From: an uncultured Acidobacteriaceae bacterium
Lineage (GTDB): Bacteria; Acidobacteriota; Terriglobia; Terriglobales; Acidobacteriaceae
Reading direction: 5' to 3'
DNA: 64,000 nt
Assembly (NCBI GenBank): GCA_963838415.1
Contig: CAWIRB010000007.1
Span: 16,621 to 80,620, forward strand
The notes below the pieces were generated by a model that had not been told where the DNA came from, did not search any database, and saw nothing but the letters and a program-made list of their open reading frames with translations. The position numbers and the translations under genes were made by a program. Positions 8,879-18,789 of the stretch are shown here, one piece after another (position 1 is the stretch's first letter; each line of letters begins with the position of its first letter).

Positions 8879-9622
8879 TTACAGGCCCAGTCCCCCATCC
8901 ACCGCCAGCACCTGCCCGGTAATAAACTTCGGAGCCGTCGCAAAGAACATCACCGCCGCGGCAATCTCCGTTGCCGTTCCGTTGCGCTCCATCGGCGTCC
9001 GCTTCGCCGTCTTTTTCATGAACGCCGCCGCCGATTTTTCGCCCAGATCAATCACACCCGGAGCCACCGCATTCACCGCAATCTCCGGCGCCAGTGCTTT
9101 CGCCATGCCTTTTGTCAGCATATGCACCGCCGCCTTCGACGAGCAATAGTGCACATGGGTCGCCCACGGGCGCAGTCCGCCCAGCGACCCCATATTAATG
9201 ATGCGCCCTCTGCGCTTTCTCAAATACGGCAGCGCCTCACGCGACACCAGAAAAGGTCCGCGCGCATTCGAAGCGAAAATCGCATCCCACTCCGCGACCG
9301 TAATCCTCTCAAACTCCACGTCCTCATAATTCGCGGCGTTATTCACCAGTACGTCAATGCCGCCCAGTTCCTTCGCCACTTCTTTCACCATCTCGCGGAC
9401 ACTTCTCTCCTCGGTAATATCGCAGCGTACCGCCAGCGCTTCCACGCCATGTTGCGCCAACTCTCCCACCACCGCCCGCGCCTCGCGCGCCGACTCGCGA
9501 TAGGTAATCGCCACGTCGGCGCCGTTTTCCGCCGCCGCCAAAGCAATCGCCCGCCCCAGGCGCTTTGCCCCGCCCGTTACCACCATCGTCTTTCCAGAAA
9601 GCGCTCCGCCGTTGGTCGTCAT
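8879..9622 (-). CDS. SDR-family oxidoreductase
   Basis: TGGAKRLGRAIA Rossmann motif, NNAA, and YxxxK region (YCSSKAAV). Confidence 0.85.
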   Translation of the reverse strand: MTTNGGALSGKTMVVTGGAKRLGRAIALAAAENGADVAITYRESAREARAVVGELAQHGVEALAVRCDITEERSVREMVKEVAKELGGIDVLVNNAANYEDVEFERITVAEWDAIFASNARGPFLVSREALPYLRKRRGRIINMGSLGGLRPWATHVHYCSSKAAVHMLTKGMAKALAPEIAVNAVAPGVIDLGEKSAAAFMKKTAKRTPMERNGTATEIAAAVMFFATAPKFITGQVLAVDGGLGL

Positions 9623-9726
9623 CGTGATGATTCTATATCCAGAGTTGCTGCGCCCTTCAACGCCCTCAGCCCACCAGTCCTCAGCCACCCTTGGAAAGCC
9701 CTCTTCCAACTGATAAACTGCCACCC

Positions 9727-9972
9727 ATGACGCCGCCTCGGGAAGTCGTCGTTTATTCCCGCAAAGGATGCCATCTCTGCGAAATCGTCAAGGAGAGCAT
9801 CGTCAAACTTCACAAGCATGGCGGCTTCACCTGGCGTGAAATCGACGTTGACTCCGACACCGAGGCCCGGCGCCTCTACAGCGACGAAGTCCCCGTAGTC
9901 TTCATCAACGGCCGCAAAGCGTTCAAATACCGTATGGACGAGCAGGAATTCCTCCGCAAACTCAGCGCTTGA
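9727..9972 (+). CDS. glutaredoxin-like small thiol protein
   Basis: VVVYSRKGCHLCE CxxC motif in an ~80-aa protein. Confidence 0.6.
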   Translation: MTPPREVVVYSRKGCHLCEIVKESIVKLHKHGGFTWREIDVDSDTEARRLYSDEVPVVFINGRKAFKYRMDEQEFLRKLSA

Positions 9973-10046
9973 TCTTCTAAAGCAATGTGCCGCCTGCCCG
10001 TCCCCTTGACTTTTAACTTCCGCCCTCTGGCACTACAATCTCCTCG

Positions 10047-11624
10047 ATGGCCCGTACCCAGTTGTACGCCGATCCCGCTGACCGCTTTGTTCACGACATC
10101 GTTCTCCACAGCTGCAAACGGAACGCCGGCAAGACAGCTCTGATCGACAGTTCATCCGGACGTCGTCTCACTTTCGCCGAATATGGCGACCTCGTCGAGT
10201 CCCTCGCCCGCGGCCTCATCTCCGCCGGACTCGCTCCCGGAGAAGTCGTTGCTATCTTCCTCCCCAACTCCTGGGAATTTGCCATCACCTACCATGCAGC
10301 CACGCTCGCCGGAGGCATTCCCACGCTTCTCAATCCCTCCTACCGCGAGCGCGAAATCCGCTACCAACTGGAAAGTTCTGGTGCCGTTTTCCTGATCACC
10401 GATGCCCCGCTTCTCGAGAACGTAAACCTCGCCGGCCTGCCCGCATTGCGCCGCGTCTTCACCACCCGAACCCACACTGGCAATGCCGGTTCTGAGGACT
10501 TTGCCCATCTCCTCCGACCCGCCTCCGCCACCTTTCCCGCGCCCGCCCAGAACTCCCAACAGACCATCGCCGCCCTTCCCTATTCCAGCGGCACCACCGG
10601 ATTGCCCAAAGGTGTCATGCTCTCGCATTACAACCTGGTCGCCAACGTCTATCAGATCCTCGGCCCCAATGCCGCCATTCTCACGCCCCATGACGTCATG
10701 CTTTGCTTCCTGCCCCTCTACCACATCTACGGACTCACCGTGGCCCTCACTCTTTCTCTCAGCCTCGGGTCCACCCTCGTCCTCATGCCCCGCTTCGATC
10801 TGCAAAAACTCTTCGCCCTTTTAGTTCAGGAGGGCGTCACCATGATGCCCATGGTCCCTCCCGCCATCAATGCGCTCTGCCAGGCCGCCGCTGCCGGCAT
10901 CTTCCCCAGGAACCACAAAGTCCGCTGGATCAAGTCCGGCGCCGCCCCACTCGCTCCTGAACTTGCCCGCCGCCTGTCCGACCTCACCGGCATTATCGTC
11001 ACGCAGGGTTACGGCATGACCGAAGCTTCCCCCGTGACCCACGTCGGTTACATCGCCCCTCCTGAATTGCACCGGCCAGCCTCCATCGGACACCCCTTGG
11101 CCCTCACCGAATGCCGCATCCTCGATCGCAACGGCAACCAGGTCGCGCCCGGTGAAGCCGGCGAACTGGCCATGCGCGGCCCGCAATTCATGCTCGGATA
11201 CTGGAAAGACCCTCAAGCCACCGCCGCCGTTCTGCGCGATGGCTGGTACTTCTCCGGCGACATCGTGCGCGCCGATGCCGACGGCTTTTACTACGTCCTC
11301 GACCGCAGCAAAGAAATGATCAAGTACAAAGGATTCCCCGTTGCCCCCGCCGAAGTCGAGTCCCTCCTGCTCGAACATGCCGCCGTCCGCGATTGTGGCG
11401 TAGTCGCGAAACCCGATCTCGCCGCCGGAGAAATTCCATGCGCCTTTGTCGTGCTTCGCGAAGGCTTCACTCCCTCCGACGCGCTCGACCAGGAACTCCG
11501 CGCCTTCGTCGCCGACCGCCTCGCCCATCACAAGCAGCCCCGCGAAATTCACTTCGTGGATGCCGTCCCGCGCACCCCCTCCGGCAAAATTCTCCGTCGC
11601 GAACTGCGGAAAACGTTTTCTTGA
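10047..11624 (+). CDS. AMP-dependent acyl-CoA synthetase/ligase
   Basis: AMP-binding motif YSSGTTGLPKGV, plus GYGMTE and ..PSGKILRRELR at the C-terminus. Confidence 0.85.
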   Translation: MARTQLYADPADRFVHDIVLHSCKRNAGKTALIDSSSGRRLTFAEYGDLVESLARGLISAGLAPGEVVAIFLPNSWEFAITYHAATLAGGIPTLLNPSYREREIRYQLESSGAVFLITDAPLLENVNLAGLPALRRVFTTRTHTGNAGSEDFAHLLRPASATFPAPAQNSQQTIAALPYSSGTTGLPKGVMLSHYNLVANVYQILGPNAAILTPHDVMLCFLPLYHIYGLTVALTLSLSLGSTLVLMPRFDLQKLFALLVQEGVTMMPMVPPAINALCQAAAAGIFPRNHKVRWIKSGAAPLAPELARRLSDLTGIIVTQGYGMTEASPVTHVGYIAPPELHRPASIGHPLALTECRILDRNGNQVAPGEAGELAMRGPQFMLGYWKDPQATAAVLRDGWYFSGDIVRADADGFYYVLDRSKEMIKYKGFPVAPAEVESLLLEHAAVRDCGVVAKPDLAAGEIPCAFVVLREGFTPSDALDQELRAFVADRLAHHKQPREIHFVDAVPRTPSGKILRRELRKTFS

Positions 11625-11709
11625 CTTTCACCGATGGCACTTCGTCCCACAAACCGGCAACGCCCGCCCCGCATACCGTACATCACGCCGTGTAAAATGT
11701 CCTTGTGCC

Positions 11710-12855
11710 ATGACCCTCTCCACCTTTGTCGCCAAATCCGCTTTTCGCAACAGGAAACGCAGCCTGCTGACCGTCGCCAGCATCGCTTTTTCACTGCTCC
11801 TGCTCTGCATCATGCTGTGTGTCTGGCGCAGCTTTTATATCGACAAGGGAGCGCCTGATTCCGCGCTCCGCATCATGACCCGCCACAAGGTGTCCCTCGC
11901 CAACTTTCTTCCTATCTATTACCGCGACAAAATTCGCACCGTGCCTGGCGTCGTGCATGTCGTTCCCATGACCTGGTTCGGGGGCACTTATAAAGACAAC
12001 AAACCGGAAAATTACTTCGCCCAGTTCGCCACCGATCCCGACGAATACTTCGACGTTGCTGCCGACAAAATCATGCCCGCCGACCAACTCGCCGCCTGGA
12101 AGCGCGATCGCGCCGGCTGTGTCGTCGATGTCGTGCTGGCCGAGAAACATCACTGGAAGATCGGCGACCACATCATCCTGCAAGGCACCATCTTTCCCGC
12201 CAATCTTGACCTCACCGTCCGCGGCATGTACACCATCGATCCCCCTACCAGCGGCCTTTTCTTCCATACCAAGTACCTGGAGGAATCCGTCGACTGGTTC
12301 AAAGACACCGCCGGCTTTTTCTTCACTCGCGTCGACACCCCGGAAAACATGCCCCGAGCCGCCCGGGCCATCGACGAAATGTTCCACGCCACTCCCGTTC
12401 CCACCAAGAGCGAGAGCGAACAAGCCTTCAAGCTCGATTTCATCGCGACTCTCGGCAGCGTCAAGGCCTTCATCCTCAGCATCTGCGGAGCCGTACTCTT
12501 CACCACCCTCCTGGTTTGCGCCAACACCATGGCCATGTCCATCCGCGAACGCACCCGCGAAGTCGCCGTCCTCCGCACTCTCGGCTTCACCCGTGGTCGC
12601 ATCCTCAAATTGCTCTTGAGCGAATCGATCGCGATTTCTGTCATCGGAGGCTTGATCGGCGTCGCCCTCGCCACCGGAGCAATCGTATTTATGGCCCGCC
12701 CTGGCATCGGGTTGCCAGTCTCCATGCACATGACCGCGGGCACCGCCCTCGTCGCCCTCGCGGCTGCGCTTCTCGTTGGATTCGTCAGCGGCCTGATCCC
12801 CTCATACCGTGCCTCGCATCTCGGCATCGTCGACGCCCTGCGCTACATCGGCTGA
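11710..12855 (+). CDS. FtsX-family ABC transporter permease (no adjacent ATPase)
   Basis: N-terminal TM (LLTVASIAFSLLLLC), extracytoplasmic domain, C-terminal FtsX block (RTREVAVLRTLGF). Start taken at ATG 11710 to avoid overlap with the ligase. Confidence 0.7.
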   Translation: MTLSTFVAKSAFRNRKRSLLTVASIAFSLLLLCIMLCVWRSFYIDKGAPDSALRIMTRHKVSLANFLPIYYRDKIRTVPGVVHVVPMTWFGGTYKDNKPENYFAQFATDPDEYFDVAADKIMPADQLAAWKRDRAGCVVDVVLAEKHHWKIGDHIILQGTIFPANLDLTVRGMYTIDPPTSGLFFHTKYLEESVDWFKDTAGFFFTRVDTPENMPRAARAIDEMFHATPVPTKSESEQAFKLDFIATLGSVKAFILSICGAVLFTTLLVCANTMAMSIRERTREVAVLRTLGFTRGRILKLLLSESIAISVIGGLIGVALATGAIVFMARPGIGLPVSMHMTAGTALVALAAALLVGFVSGLIPSYRASHLGIVDALRYIG

Positions 12856-12905
12856 CGTAAGGCCTGCATCATTGCGCGATTGAATCCTCGATCAATGAGG
12901 AAACG

Positions 12906-13253
12906 ATGCATGACTCAATGGTTTCGGTGCTAAACTCCCTTCGCATGAGGACCGACATCCTACCCCTTTGCGACCAGCACTACCGCGCCATGGAACCCGC
13001 TCTCGCTCCTTACAACGCGGACTTCTCGATCGAATTCTTCCGCTGCACCGATAAACTCTGCCACCGCTGCTTCGGCGAACGCATCGGCTACACCACGCCC
13101 AAGCGCGGAGAATCTCCAGTTCTTGCACCCAACCAGCCCACCTGCGAGCGTCACGGCCGGCCCATGTTCATCATCAGCCTCGACCGCCAGCGTAATCACG
13201 TAACCTTCGCCTGCGCCCAACCCGACTGTAGCGAGCGAATCATCAGAACCTGA
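12906..13253 (+). CDS. hypothetical Cys/His-rich small protein
   Basis: ORF only. It has several CxxC-like pairs and no recognised family. Confidence 0.3.
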   Translation: MHDSMVSVLNSLRMRTDILPLCDQHYRAMEPALAPYNADFSIEFFRCTDKLCHRCFGERIGYTTPKRGESPVLAPNQPTCERHGRPMFIISLDRQRNHVTFACAQPDCSERIIRT

Positions 13254-13301
13254 CCCGTGGCGCGGACACTCCTGTCCGCGAACGCCGGCGCCGCCATCCC
13301 T

Positions 13302-13682
13302 TCAATCTCCCGCCAGCCACCCATACTGCGCCGCCGTCAGCGGCACCACGCTCAATCTTCCCTGCCGCACCAGCGGCGACTCCGCAAACAGCTTGTGCGC
13401 TTTGATCTCCGCCAGCGTTTTTACTTTCGCGATCGCCTTCCCTGCCTTGATCTTCACCTGCGGCGTCTTGGGATCGCTCCCATCCACAGCCACCACCAAC
13501 GCCGTTCCCACCGCACTCTTTTCCTCGCCCGTGTGGTAGATCACCAGTCGCTCCCCGGGCTTCATCTCACGCAAATGCTTCACCGCTGCCGGATTCGTCA
13601 CCCCATCCCAGATTGTCGTCTTCTCCCGCTCCAGATCCGCGAACGAGTACACCGTCGGTTCAGTTTTCAGAAGATAGTCCAT
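13302..13682 (-). CDS. EVE (PUA-like) domain protein
   Basis: MDYLLKTEP..W.GV.N..A...LR.MK.GD..  pattern typical of EVE/DUF55. Confidence 0.7.
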   Translation of the reverse strand: MDYLLKTEPTVYSFADLEREKTTIWDGVTNPAAVKHLREMKPGERLVIYHTGEEKSAVGTALVVAVDGSDPKTPQVKIKAGKAIAKVKTLAEIKAHKLFAESPLVRQGRLSVVPLTAAQYGWLAGD

Positions 13683-13844
13683 GGCCAGTCATTGTAACCA
13701 GAAAAAGAATTGCACAAGAAAGAAATCGGGAGCAATGCCGAACCAGCTCGTTCCCCGCCGGGCAGACGGCAAACGAACTAAACATCGGTCGCTCCGTCGG
13801 ATGACTTGTCCGGCGCCGATGGCCCTCCTGGCGATCATCCGCAG

Positions 13845-14882
13845 CTACTTTACCGCTTTCGTATATACCGCGCCGCCCGGCAATGTCGAATGAATCGTCC
13901 CCGATTCCACCGAGAGCGTATAGGCGACGCCCTCCCGGCCCGACCATTGCCGCACGTCAAATTGCTCGCCCGCACGCAAGCTCCGCACCGCTATTCCACG
14001 AAATGTCAGGGGAGTATTGGCCTTGCACGTTTCCGCATTCTGCGTCGCCTCCAGAAAATAGGCGGAGCCCGCTCCCACCACCGTCCCCGTTCCTCCCGGA
14101 TCCAGAAGAACCGCCGTCCGCTCATCAACCGCGATATCTCGAATGCGATGAGCTTTACCCTCCTGCAGAATTCTAGCCATGAACACCAGCGTCCGCCCCA
14201 ATCGGTCGCGCGCGGAAAAATGCGTGTCCGTGATCACCTCATGCAACAACGGAATATCCACGAACCCATGCACAATCGTCACCCGGCGATGGAAAGGATT
14301 CGACAGCGTCTCGGCCGAGGAAAGCGGTGCGTCATCCGGAGCATCGCCCTGCGATGAGTACACAAATTCGCCCAGCACCGCCAGCCCGGCGCTGGTTCCG
14401 CCAATCGGAATGTTCCGCGCGATGGCTTCGTTCAAAGCCGCTTGCACCGGAGTGCCCGTCCAGAAATTAACGTAGTTCGCCTGGTCCCCGCCGGCAATAA
14501 ACACTGCTTCCGCATGGCGTATGGCCGCGGCCGCAAACGGATCCTCCGCGGCCGCGCGATCCGGCATAATCAACGTCGCAACCGAATTGACTTGGCACAG
14601 ACCCTGAATATATGGGTTATAGTCCTCGTCCCCGCTGGCGCGAATTACAAGAAAATCGCCTCCCCCGGATCGCTCGCACATCCACTGGAAGGCGCGATCC
14701 AGATCCTTGCCCCCGCCGATCAGCGCAAAGCCACCTTGAGTCTTCGTCTGAACATCGGTGGCGCTCCCCGCGCGAAAGTATTTGTAGGGCGCTGTGCCGG
14801 CAAACGAAAGAGTCACTGAAACCGCTGCCAGAATACACAGGCCTGAGGACAGTCGCGCAACTCGATAAGTTGGTTTTGACAA
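13845..14882 (-). CDS. cyanophycinase-like peptidase S51 family protein (secreted)
   Basis: Signal peptide, then IGGG...IAGGDQ...GGTSAG motif series. Confidence 0.65.
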   Translation of the reverse strand: MSKPTYRVARLSSGLCILAAVSVTLSFAGTAPYKYFRAGSATDVQTKTQGGFALIGGGKDLDRAFQWMCERSGGGDFLVIRASGDEDYNPYIQGLCQVNSVATLIMPDRAAAEDPFAAAAIRHAEAVFIAGGDQANYVNFWTGTPVQAALNEAIARNIPIGGTSAGLAVLGEFVYSSQGDAPDDAPLSSAETLSNPFHRRVTIVHGFVDIPLLHEVITDTHFSARDRLGRTLVFMARILQEGKAHRIRDIAVDERTAVLLDPGGTGTVVGAGSAYFLEATQNAETCKANTPLTFRGIAVRSLRAGEQFDVRQWSGREGVAYTLSVESGTIHSTLPGGAVYTKAVK

Positions 14883-14894
14883 AGCCCGATCCCC

Positions 14895-17800
14895 TTACCA
14901 GATGATCTTTGCGCCCAACTGAATATGCCGCGAACCGCCGGAACCGATGACCGGATTCGATGCCGCTACATCGGGCGTGAAGATAACCAGGCCCACCGAG
15001 GACGGACTCGACAAATCCGTATTCATGCTGAAAACATCGAAGTTCGCGTGATTCAGAATGTTGAACACTTCGCCGCGGAACTGCAACTTCACCCGTTCCT
15101 TGAACTTCCAGATCTTTGACAACGAAAAATCCCAGTTCTTGAACGTCGGCCCGCGGAAAATGTTCCGGCCCATGTTGCCCTGAACGGTTGGTGCCGGAGG
15201 TGTGATCACGGTACTACCCGACACGTAGCATCCCCCGCTCGTATTTGTAAAACCGTACGTGTTCGCGAACCCCGGATTCCCAATCAACTGGTCCGCCGCC
15301 GCCTGACCTCCCGTGGCAAACGCCTGATTTACGCATAGCTGCGCTGCCGGGTTCGCGCCACTGGCAGTGTGTTGAATGCCCTGGCCGTCCGTGGTCGTGT
15401 TGAACTGGCTGGGATCGATATAGGGAATCGTATTGACCGGAGACCAGTGAATATTGCTTGCTGGGCCACTCATATTCCAGCGGTCGTTATACTCGCCCGT
15501 CAGGGTCAGATCATCCGAGTAGTCCCCTAGCGTATAAGGCTCACCGCCTTGCAGGTTCACGATGCTCGTGGCTTGCCAGCCTTCCAGCATCTGCCACTTG
15601 CTCTTCATCGAGGGCAAATCGTACGTAACTGAAAGCGTAAAGCGATGGCGGATATCGTAGTCCCCGTTGCCGCGTTCCCCCTGGTAATTCAAACTGCTCG
15701 GTGGCACCCCGGCTAGATTGCTGGTTGCCGTATCGATAGCGTGTGCCCAGGTGTAGCCGGCAAGCAGATAAAGGCCGTGCGAGTAACGTTTGGTCAGAGT
15801 CACCTGCAGCGAATTGTAACTGGAGTCCGACCGGTTACTAAGATAGTCCACAAATCCAAAGTAAGGAAAGCACGGACCACCAGTTCCCTGCCCGCCAATT
15901 GCCGTCACCGGACAGTTGCTGACCAGCGGCCGTCCATATTCCTCGCAGAAATCACAAAAGTTCGGGTTGTTTGGATCGCTCTCCAACGGTGAATTTGGAT
16001 TGACCTGGTTGATATCGGTGATGCTGTACAGCTTGACCCCGTGGTTCGCAACGTAGCCGATCTGGAGCAGCGTCGATCTCGTCAACTCTTGCTGCACGTT
16101 GAAATTCCAATTCATCACGTACGGAGTCTTCAGATGCTGGTCCACGGCGAACAGAGAACACTGACTGTTTACGCTGCATTGGTTTCCCGCAGCGCTTGGG
16201 AAAATTGGGCCTGCCGAGTTCCAGTTGATTTGGCTTCCGTCGCTCGACTCTTGCAGAAACGACGTAATCGTTCCCGTTGGATTTTGCAGGTTGCCATTCT
16301 GATCCACATACGGAACTCCACTCGGGTTCAGGTTCAGACCGCCCCCGTTGAACATAAACGTACGGATTGACGGTTGCTCGAAGATGATGCCGAACCCCGA
16401 ACGAAACACCGTCTTCCCTTTGCCGAAAATATCCCACGCGATACCCACCCGCGGAGACAGATTGTTGTAATTCGTTGGATAGGGAGAACTGATGCCCTGT
16501 CCTACCTGCACGAGGCCCGACGGCGATGTCGGATCATAGTTAGCCAACAGATTGCGCGAGTCCTTGATCGGGTCGGTAACGTCGTAGCGCACGCCCAGGT
16601 TCAGAGTCACGTTCGAGCGCACCCGGAAATCGTCCTGCGCAAAGAAACCAAAAGACTTCTGGCTTACCCTGCGCCCCGGATCGCCGTACAAGAAACGCCA
16701 GCGGCGCACATTGCCGTCCATGAAATCAGTGAGGTCGCTGAAATCGACCCGGCCGCGTCCATAGCCGGCGCGGTAATAATCCACATCACCGTAACGGAAA
16801 GATCCGCCAAAACGGATGGAATGCTTGCCGTGCGTATAGGAAGCGGTGTCCGAAAAACTGTCCGTTCCACTGGGCGTCGTCTCCAGCGGCCAGCTCGAAT
16901 TGCCGCCCATGTAGTTAAACTGATCCCCAGGGCTGATGCGCGGGAATCCGAACAGTCGCGGATCGGTGACGCCCGTGTTGAGGCCGTAGCTCGTCGGATT
17001 TACGTTATGGTCAACCGGAAAAATCGCTTCGTTAAACCGGTTATAGCTGAAACGAAGATCGTTCGCCCATGCCGAGCCAAACGTGGACGCCAGACTCACT
17101 CCGAACACCTGCGTCGTCGGACTGGTGGTCGAAAGCCACTCCGGACGCAAGGGCACCGTGTCTTCTTCGGTTTGATCCGTGTTCGCGTAGATGAAGCGGG
17201 CGCTCAGCACTTCATGCGCCGACAGAACGTAGTCGGTCTTGGCCACCAGGTTTTCACCCCGGTTCTTGTTATTGAAGTCAAAATTGATTCCCGCCGGGTC
17301 GGATTGCGTTAACGTGAATCCCGGATTCGGCAGAAATAAGTTTGCCAGCTGTACGCTAAGCGGGTTCACCGCGCAGGTCCCATAAGTATTCGCCAGACAA
17401 TAGGCAACGTTGTTAGGGTCGCTGTAATAAGCGATGGCGTCCGGCACGCTGTACAAGGCTGAATTGGGACTCCCGTCGGGGTTCGCGATCCCTCCCAACT
17501 GACTGGCAAGCGATGCCGTAACCGGACTGTCGGTTAGCCCGGGATTCCCAACCTTGTCGCGGATCCCTTCGTAATTAACAAAGTAGAACCACCTATCCTT
17601 CTTAATCGGGCCGCCCAGCGATACGCCAAACTCATGCATCAGTAGCGAAGACAACGGACTCGGGGCCGGATCGAAATAATTGCGCGCGTCAAACGCGGCG
17701 TTGCGGTGAAAATAATACGCCGTCCCGTGGAGATCGTTGGTGCCGGACTTGATGCCGATGTTCATCACCACGCCGGGCTTGACGCCGTAATCCGCCGTAG

Positions 17801-18485
17801 GACTTTCCTGGGTATTGAATTCCTGGATGGCATCGAGCGGCAAAAAACTCGCCGGAGTGCCCGAAATGCCCGCGTCATTCACCACGGTTTCACCGTAATA
17901 CGCGTCATTGTCGTCCGCCCCGTCAATAAAAAAGTTGTTGTCATCCGGACGATTGCCATTGGACGTCACGGAGTGGAAACCGCCGCCGGGCGTCCGTTGC
18001 ACTCCAGGATGAAGTTCGAGCAGATTCTGAAAGTCGCGGCCCTGTACCGGCAATTCTGAAATTGCCTTATTCGAAAGCACGCCGTTGAGCGTCGAGTTTG
18101 TCGTATCCGCGAGTTGCCCTTCCGCCGTGACCACCATCGTCTCCATCACCGCTCCCGGCGTAAGTTGCAGATCCACCCGTATGTCTCTCGACACCTCCAG
18201 AAGCACCGGAGTACTTACGCTCTTCTTGAAGCCGGCGTACTCCGCCGACACTCGGTACGAACCCGGCTCCAGGTCCAATGCGAAATACTCCCCCGCCGAA
18301 TTCGTTTCGAGCAGCCGTTTCACGCCGGTAGCGGCATTCTCCACCGTGACTTGGGCTTTTCGCAGCACCGCGCCACTCTGGTCGGTGACCCGGCCCGAGA
18401 TCCGGCCCTCCTGGCTCTGGCCCCAAATCCCGACTGTCAGAAAAATCACACCAGCGATCACCACCGCCGCGCGAACCAGTTTCAT
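14895..18485 (-). CDS. TonB-dependent receptor with N-terminal carboxypeptidase-regulatory-like domain
   Basis: 1196 aa. Signal peptide, GRVTDQSGAVL..V.V CarboxypepD_reg pattern, plug region, and terminal aromatic residue (..KIIW). Confidence 0.85.
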   Translation of the reverse strand: MKLVRAAVVIAGVIFLTVGIWGQSQEGRISGRVTDQSGAVLRKAQVTVENAATGVKRLLETNSAGEYFALDLEPGSYRVSAEYAGFKKSVSTPVLLEVSRDIRVDLQLTPGAVMETMVVTAEGQLADTTNSTLNGVLSNKAISELPVQGRDFQNLLELHPGVQRTPGGGFHSVTSNGNRPDDNNFFIDGADDNDAYYGETVVNDAGISGTPASFLPLDAIQEFNTQESPTADYGVKPGVVMNIGIKSGTNDLHGTAYYFHRNAAFDARNYFDPAPSPLSSLLMHEFGVSLGGPIKKDRWFYFVNYEGIRDKVGNPGLTDSPVTASLASQLGGIANPDGSPNSALYSVPDAIAYYSDPNNVAYCLANTYGTCAVNPLSVQLANLFLPNPGFTLTQSDPAGINFDFNNKNRGENLVAKTDYVLSAHEVLSARFIYANTDQTEEDTVPLRPEWLSTTSPTTQVFGVSLASTFGSAWANDLRFSYNRFNEAIFPVDHNVNPTSYGLNTGVTDPRLFGFPRISPGDQFNYMGGNSSWPLETTPSGTDSFSDTASYTHGKHSIRFGGSFRYGDVDYYRAGYGRGRVDFSDLTDFMDGNVRRWRFLYGDPGRRVSQKSFGFFAQDDFRVRSNVTLNLGVRYDVTDPIKDSRNLLANYDPTSPSGLVQVGQGISSPYPTNYNNLSPRVGIAWDIFGKGKTVFRSGFGIIFEQPSIRTFMFNGGGLNLNPSGVPYVDQNGNLQNPTGTITSFLQESSDGSQINWNSAGPIFPSAAGNQCSVNSQCSLFAVDQHLKTPYVMNWNFNVQQELTRSTLLQIGYVANHGVKLYSITDINQVNPNSPLESDPNNPNFCDFCEEYGRPLVSNCPVTAIGGQGTGGPCFPYFGFVDYLSNRSDSSYNSLQVTLTKRYSHGLYLLAGYTWAHAIDTATSNLAGVPPSSLNYQGERGNGDYDIRHRFTLSVTYDLPSMKSKWQMLEGWQATSIVNLQGGEPYTLGDYSDDLTLTGEYNDRWNMSGPASNIHWSPVNTIPYIDPSQFNTTTDGQGIQHTASGANPAAQLCVNQAFATGGQAAADQLIGNPGFANTYGFTNTSGGCYVSGSTVITPPAPTVQGNMGRNIFRGPTFKNWDFSLSKIWKFKERVKLQFRGEVFNILNHANFDVFSMNTDLSSPSSVGLVIFTPDVAASNPVIGSGGSRHIQLGAKIIW

Positions 18486-18789
18486 AAGTCATCCCCCGCC
18501 CCAAGGCGCCTGCTCTCGATCCTGATGCCGCATCCAACGCTGCGCTTTATCGCAGGAAGCGTGCCATTTTTCTTCTCGTCGATATCGAGCAACGCACCAT
18601 TCTAGTGACGCGCCCCTTGCTGTCAAGCACCATCGGCAATCTGCCTGCTTCTCAACTCTATGTCGCGCCCCCCAATACCCCGGCTCAGCTTTCATTTTTG
18701 TTACCGCCGACACTTCCCTTCTGCGCCAGTTTCGCCAAGAATAGAAGCTGGTTGTGACCGAGACTTACATCAGCCCCGGCGGCATCACT

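Noticed and set aside
9990-10035. Sigma-70-like promoter TTGACT ... TACAAT upstream of the acyl-CoA ligase gene
   Set aside because: The spacer is 22 nt, well outside the functional 16-18 nt range.
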